A DNA stretch of 52,284 bases, taken from the NCBI GenBank assembly GCA_038087875.1, contig JAXLNO010000311.1, forward strand, positions 62,001 through 114,284. The letters run 5' to 3'. The first letter of the stretch is position 1, and each line of letters starts with the position of its first letter. The stretch comes from Malacoraja senta (taxonomy: Eukaryota). The translations under genes and the position numbers were made by a program. Of this stretch, positions 48,601-52,284 are shown one piece after another. Below the pieces are notes generated by a model. The model ran no database searches and was not told the DNA's origin. It saw only the letters and a list, made by a program, of their open reading frames with translations.

Positions 48601-49418
48601 ACTTGTATGAAACTGGAAAATTACTTTCATTTCAACAATTACAAATAAAATATAAACTCGGAAATAATCAATATTTTAAATACTTTCAAGTATGCGACTA
48701 TTTGAAAAAATATATAAAAGATCATCATAATAACCCAGCAGATGTACTGGACGAGGCAATGCAGATAAAAGCGGAATCAGCAAACTTAATATCATATTTG
48801 TACAATATTATCTTAAATGTACAAATACCATCTACGGAGGGTATCAGAAGAGACTGGGAACAAGAGTTAGCTATTAAAATTTCAAAGGAAAGTTGGAATG
48901 AATACTTATTAAAAGTACATAAATGCTCGATTAATGTAAGACACACTTTAATACAATTTAAAATTTTACATAGATTATATTATTCGAAAACTAAAATTCA
49001 TAAAATTTTCCCAAACGTATCATCTATTTGTGATAAATGTCAATCCCAAGAAGCAACTATAGCGCACTCATTTGTCTTCTGTACAAAAATTCAAAAATTT
49101 TGGAATGAAATTTTTGAAATCTTTACAAAGTTATTTAAAACAAGACTGATACCCAAAGCAGAATGGATTATCTTCGGAATAACGGAAGATGATCCAGAAC
49201 TAAATGTGTTTCAAAAGAAATTAATGGATTATGGGTTAATAACTGGAAAAAAGCTAATTCTAAAATTTTGGAAGAAGGCTCCAATACCAACTATAAATAT
49301 GTGGATTTCAAATATGTTTGAAACACTACACCTTGAAGAGATAAGACTCCTCCTAGCAGGTAAACCAGATCACTTCCACCTGACGTGGTCTGCATTTATA
49401 GAATTATTACAAACATAG
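45627..49418 (+). CDS. L1 ORF2, intact 1263 aa (APE endonuclease, RT, CCHC)
   Basis: SWNIRG, LQETH, GGDFN, SRIDY, SDH, PGPDG, LDAEKAFD, RQGCSLSP, YADD and CDKC..H..C. Confidence 0.96.
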   Translation: MHDTTQKNLGGVSFCSWNIRGINEPIKRGKILAQLKMYNSDITFLQETHLKPQDQVRLRAKWIGQTYHSSFTSKSRGTSIIIRKGIPFKAKNIITDIEGRYLIVNGEIHDTPLTLVNIYAPNFDNPHFFNKIFNIIAESNYQNVIIGGDFNCVLDPYLDKSSQKQRGNMKSKTGELLNTYINNTNIADVWRIVNPTGREYSFYSMVHKTYSRIDYFLLDTKLIPQTSNAIYHTNSISDHSPLTFFLKLEGLSKNNSFWRFNSQILKDPQASIYLKEQMEVFFQTNDTSDISPTLLWESFKAYIRGIIISYQAFQNKKNKNEQRQLEELIRQMDIDNAKDPSIDKHNKIIILKFKLNKLLSAKLIRLFQITKQEHFEFGDKPHKLLARQLKKREKEHTIPKIKSDKGELLTTPKDINKRFAQFYENLYTSKTIIDSNNITKFLDTCNLPKLELKEQEELGAQISIKELEDTINSLKNGKTPGPDGFTNEFYKNFYDKIIPRLQKMYQYAFKKRILPDTLAESTITLIPKKNKDLEEPGSYRAIALLNTDQKILAKTLARRLSKYISKLINPDQTGFIPKRYSSNNMRRLLNIMHSHKSEDQELSIISLDAEKAFDQVEWNYMDKVLQKFQLGENFILWIKLLYNKPTARILTNNILSSKFQLSRGNRQGCSLSPQLFALIIEPLAEKIRIHPDIHGYNTKDSYNKISLYADDILLYITKPQITIPNILNLIEDFGSFSGYRINWNKSEIMSIKPKDSTHLLKFPFKIATEKFKYLGIEITRAYQGMLRANFDPLLNKLNTLIKFWKTLPMSLIGRINAIKMIFLPQILYLFQSIPIYLPKKFFKKLDSDITNFIWDYKSHRIQKTHLNKSKVLGGLALPNFMYYYWSVNIKNMIQLMDNSAQQVDWIVMEKEDCSSRNIGAILLSPMKLNNINYNKNPIIHSTIRIWKQIKQNLKLRNLSLLLPIVNNPSFSPSIIDKAYTQWDRLGIKTLGDLYETGKLLSFQQLQIKYKLGNNQYFKYFQVCDYLKKYIKDHHNNPADVLDEAMQIKAESANLISYLYNIILNVQIPSTEGIRRDWEQELAIKISKESWNEYLLKVHKCSINVRHTLIQFKILHRLYYSKTKIHKIFPNVSSICDKCQSQEATIAHSFVFCTKIQKFWNEIFEIFTKLFKTRLIPKAEWIIFGITEDDPELNVFQKKLMDYGLITGKKLILKFWKKAPIPTINMWISNMFETLHLEEIRLLLAGKPDHFHLTWSAFIELLQT

Positions 49419-49805
49419 GGTGCAAAAGTACTTTAAAAAAATAAAAAATTGAGGTCGGGTAAGGGGGGATGATAGTTGAAGAGTTGGTATGTCCTATTTA
49501 CGTGATGCTCAAAAAAAAACATTTGTTTTTCTTTTTTTCTCTTTCTCTTTTCTTTTCTTAGGGCCTATTTCTTAACTCTTATTCTTTTTGTTTTTAATTT
49601 CGCTCTCATAGGGTCTTCGTCCTTTTTTGTTGTTACATTTTCTACACTTTTCTACACTTGCACTTTTTCCTTCACTTTCTTCTCTCTTTCAATCTTTTCT
49701 TTCTTTAGTGTAAAAAAATAAATAAAGGGAGTACTTTAATTGTAAGAAGATATAAATGACGAGTATTAATGTATGTGGCTGTGATGTAATGTACTTCTAA
49801 TAAAT

Positions 49806-49854
<49 letters not shown>

Positions 49855-49863
49855 AAGCAGCGT

Positions 49864-51355
49864 TGGAGGCTTCATACCGGATTGCTTATCGAATCGCACA
49901 GACTAAGAAACCTCACAGCATCGGTGAAGAGCTTATCAAGCCATGCCTTCTCGAAACAGCGAAGTTGGTGCTGGGGGAAGAGCAGTCAAACAAGTTCAGG
50001 CAGATTTCCCTTTTGAATGACACAGTCAAAAGTTGAATCTCGGATATGAGTAATGATATTCTGCTGCAAGTAGTGAGGGCTGTGACGAGCAGTCCAGTGT
50101 ATTCACTGCAACTGGGCGAGTCAACAGATGTTGCCTCATGTTCCCAACTGCTGTCTACGTTCGTTACCTCAATGGAGGAGTACCTGTTCTCGGAGCCATT
50201 GGCTACTACCACTCGGGGAGAAGATGTGTTCAGAATGCTGGAAGCCTTCCTCATCAAACATGAGCTTGGCTGGGAATGCCTTGTCGGGATGTGTACAGTT
50301 GGGGCACCTTCCATGGTCGGTTGCAGATCCGGTTTCCAAGCCTTCGTGAAGGATGTCGCTCCCCATGTCTCCTTCACCCACTGCATGATACATCGCCATG
50401 CTTTAGCGATGAAGACTCTCCCTCTTGGTCTTCTAGAAGTGCTTTCAGATGTGGTGAAGATTGTGAACCACATCCGAGAGCGCAACAAACTCAAGAATCT
50501 TCAAGCGATGTGTGAAGAAATGGGCGCCGATTTCACTATTCTGTTATTCCACACAGAAGTGCGCTGGCTTTTGCGTGGTAAAGTTCTCAACCATGTGATT
50601 CGACTTCGAGTGGAAATAGCGCTGTTCTTGGAGAGAAGGGGTACTGAGAAGGAGAATCAGCTTCATGAAAAGATGCAGGATGAACTGTTCGTGATGAAGG
50701 TTGCTTACTTGGCTGACTTCTTCGCTGAGGTGAATTCCTTGAACCTGTAATTTCAAGGAAACATCCCAATGCTACATACAGCTTGTGGCAAAGTGGCAGC
50801 GTTCAGGAGGAACCTTTACCAGAGAAGAGTCCAGGACGGTGACATGGCTATCTTCCCTGAGATGACGACTCTCCTGGATGCTACGCCTGATGCTGAATGC
50901 ACTTCCACGAGGAGATCTCAACCCACCATCTGGCAATTAGTGAAGCCATCGAACGTTACTTCCCCGGACTGGACGACCGCTCTCGTGATCAGTGGATCAT
51001 CCGACCCTTTTCCGTTGAAGACGGTGGCATCAGTGATACTGATGTAACTGCGAAGGTTGAATTTTACCGAATTCGTGAAGATGCGCAACTCAAGAGTGAC
51101 TTCATGGAACAAGAGCTCGCCACGTTTTGGCTGAAAGTGAAGGATTGTCCTGCTCTTTCAAAGAGGGCCCTGACCCTATTGGTCCATTCCCCCTCAACCT
51201 CTCACTGTGAGGGTGGATTCGCAACTATGGTAACTCTGAAAACGAAGGTACGCAATAGGCTTGTGATCGACACTGACATGAGGTGCTGCCTGTCGAGCAT
51301 TCGTGTTCGTTTTGATTGCCTGATGACTGCGAAGCAATTTCAGACATCCCATTGA
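49864..51355 (+). pseudogene. hAT transposase remainder (ZBED5/ZBED8/SCAND3-like Buster family), disrupted
   Basis: LEASYRIAYRIAQTKKPHSIGEELIKPC, LQLGESTD, CTVGAPSM, HCMIHR, EVRWL and CEGGF..KTKVRNRL. Contains stops and frameshifts, and two catalytic Asp positions appear substituted. Confidence 0.88.
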
Positions 51356-51525
51356 CTGAGCAATGGCAGACATGTTTTAATAAATCGGGCTGTTTTTCTT
51401 CAAATTTTGTTTCAGAGGTCACGGTACTGATCAAGAATGCCCGATGGGGTCGTGGGGCCAAAAAGGTTAAGAACAACTGCTCTAATACTTAAAAGTAAAG
51501 GGGCAAATAAAGGCCACCAAGGTTT

Positions 51526-52202
51526 CATGGTTAGTTTATTGTCACATACCAATTAAGGTACATTGAAATGCAGACTACCATACACCATACAAAAAAAAGC
51601 AACAAGATACCCAATAACGTAAAAGTTAACATAAACATCCACAACAGAGGAGCCCGCACGTTCCTCACTGTGATAGAAGGCAATAAAGTCTAATCTCCTT
51701 CCTCTTTATCTCCCGCAGTCAGGGCAGTCAAACAATCTACAGTCGGTGGTCAAAACCCCCGTTGGGGAATCGAAACTCCCACATCGGAGCGGTCGAAACT
51801 CCTGCGGCTTGGAGGTCCCGGATGTCGGTCTCGACCGAGGACCGCGGGCTCCGCGATGTTAAAGTCTTGCAGGCTCTCACAGTTGGAGCTCTAAAGTCGA
51901 TCCCCGACAGGGATTGCGAGCTCCATGATGGTAAGTCCACAGGCTCTTGCGATGGATCTCCCGGTCGATCTCTAGCAAAGGCCGCCATTCCTCAATGTTA
52001 GGCCGCATTGTGGACGGAGATACGATACAGAAAATATCACATCAACGTCGAGGGTAAGAGATTTTAGAAAAGTTTCCCACAACTCCCCCAACCCCCCCCC
52101 CCCCAAAACAAGCTAAAGAACACTAAAGAATATACATTTAACACGTACAAAACGGACACAAAGAAGGAAGGGACAGACATACTGTTGGCGAGGCAACCAT
52201 TG
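51526..52202 (-). mobile_element. Non-coding GC-rich retroposon with LINE-like 3' tail
   Basis: The minus strand ends ..gtatgtgacaataaactaacc; related to 42745-43222. Confidence 0.55.
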
Positions 52203-52284
52203 CAGCAAAAGGTGGATTGCTTAAGGATATAGAAGGGAATATGTGCCTGGAGTTTGTGGATATAGGCGAGGTTTGGTTTCACCA

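Larger units (their letters stand above)
44116..49848 (+). mobile_element. Young L1-clade LINE, truncated within ORF1, with 15-bp TSD and poly(A) tail
   Basis: Perfect TSD aaaatgaagcagcgt at 44101-44115 and 49849-49863. AATAAA followed by a pure A run at 49814-49852. Confidence 0.95.
40811..51479 (+). mobile_element. hAT (Buster/Charlie-type) DNA transposon with nested insertions
   Basis: TIRs cagtggttcttaacct (40811-40826) and aggttaagaacaactg (51464-51479) match at 15/16. Degenerate 8-bp flanks ctccaaag / ctctaata. Contains a broken transposase. Confidence 0.85.

Noticed and set aside
49864..51355. Domesticated ZBED/SCAND3-like host gene
   Set aside because: It has stops, frameshifts, an L1 interruption and retained TIRs, so it is a dead transposon.

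Overview
Repeat-rich vertebrate genomic DNA, most likely a cartilaginous fish such as a skate or ray (inferred from HE1/V-SINE-like tRNA SINEs, CR1, Rex1/Babar, Penelope, L1 and hAT content). The only host gene I can support is the 5' part of a divergent MHC class I-like heavy-chain gene on the + strand. It has an X1-X2-Y-like promoter (~7887-7929), a signal-peptide exon (8004-8055) and a 261-nt alpha-1 exon (29441-29701), separated by a ~21.4 kb intron. No alpha-2 exon was found in the remaining 22.5 kb. The introns hold three young CR1 copies, one near full length with an in-frame 291-nt GT..AG deletion. They also hold Penelope remnants and many Penelope-derived termini whose consensus reads as a minimal hammerhead ribozyme, often arranged as fold-back units with target-site duplications. 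A nested stack at 40.6-51.5 kb consists of a SINE, a Buster/Charlie hAT inside it, and within that a second hAT and a young L1 with an intact ORF2. Repeat boundaries are read by eye and are approximate unless a TSD or TIR is quoted.
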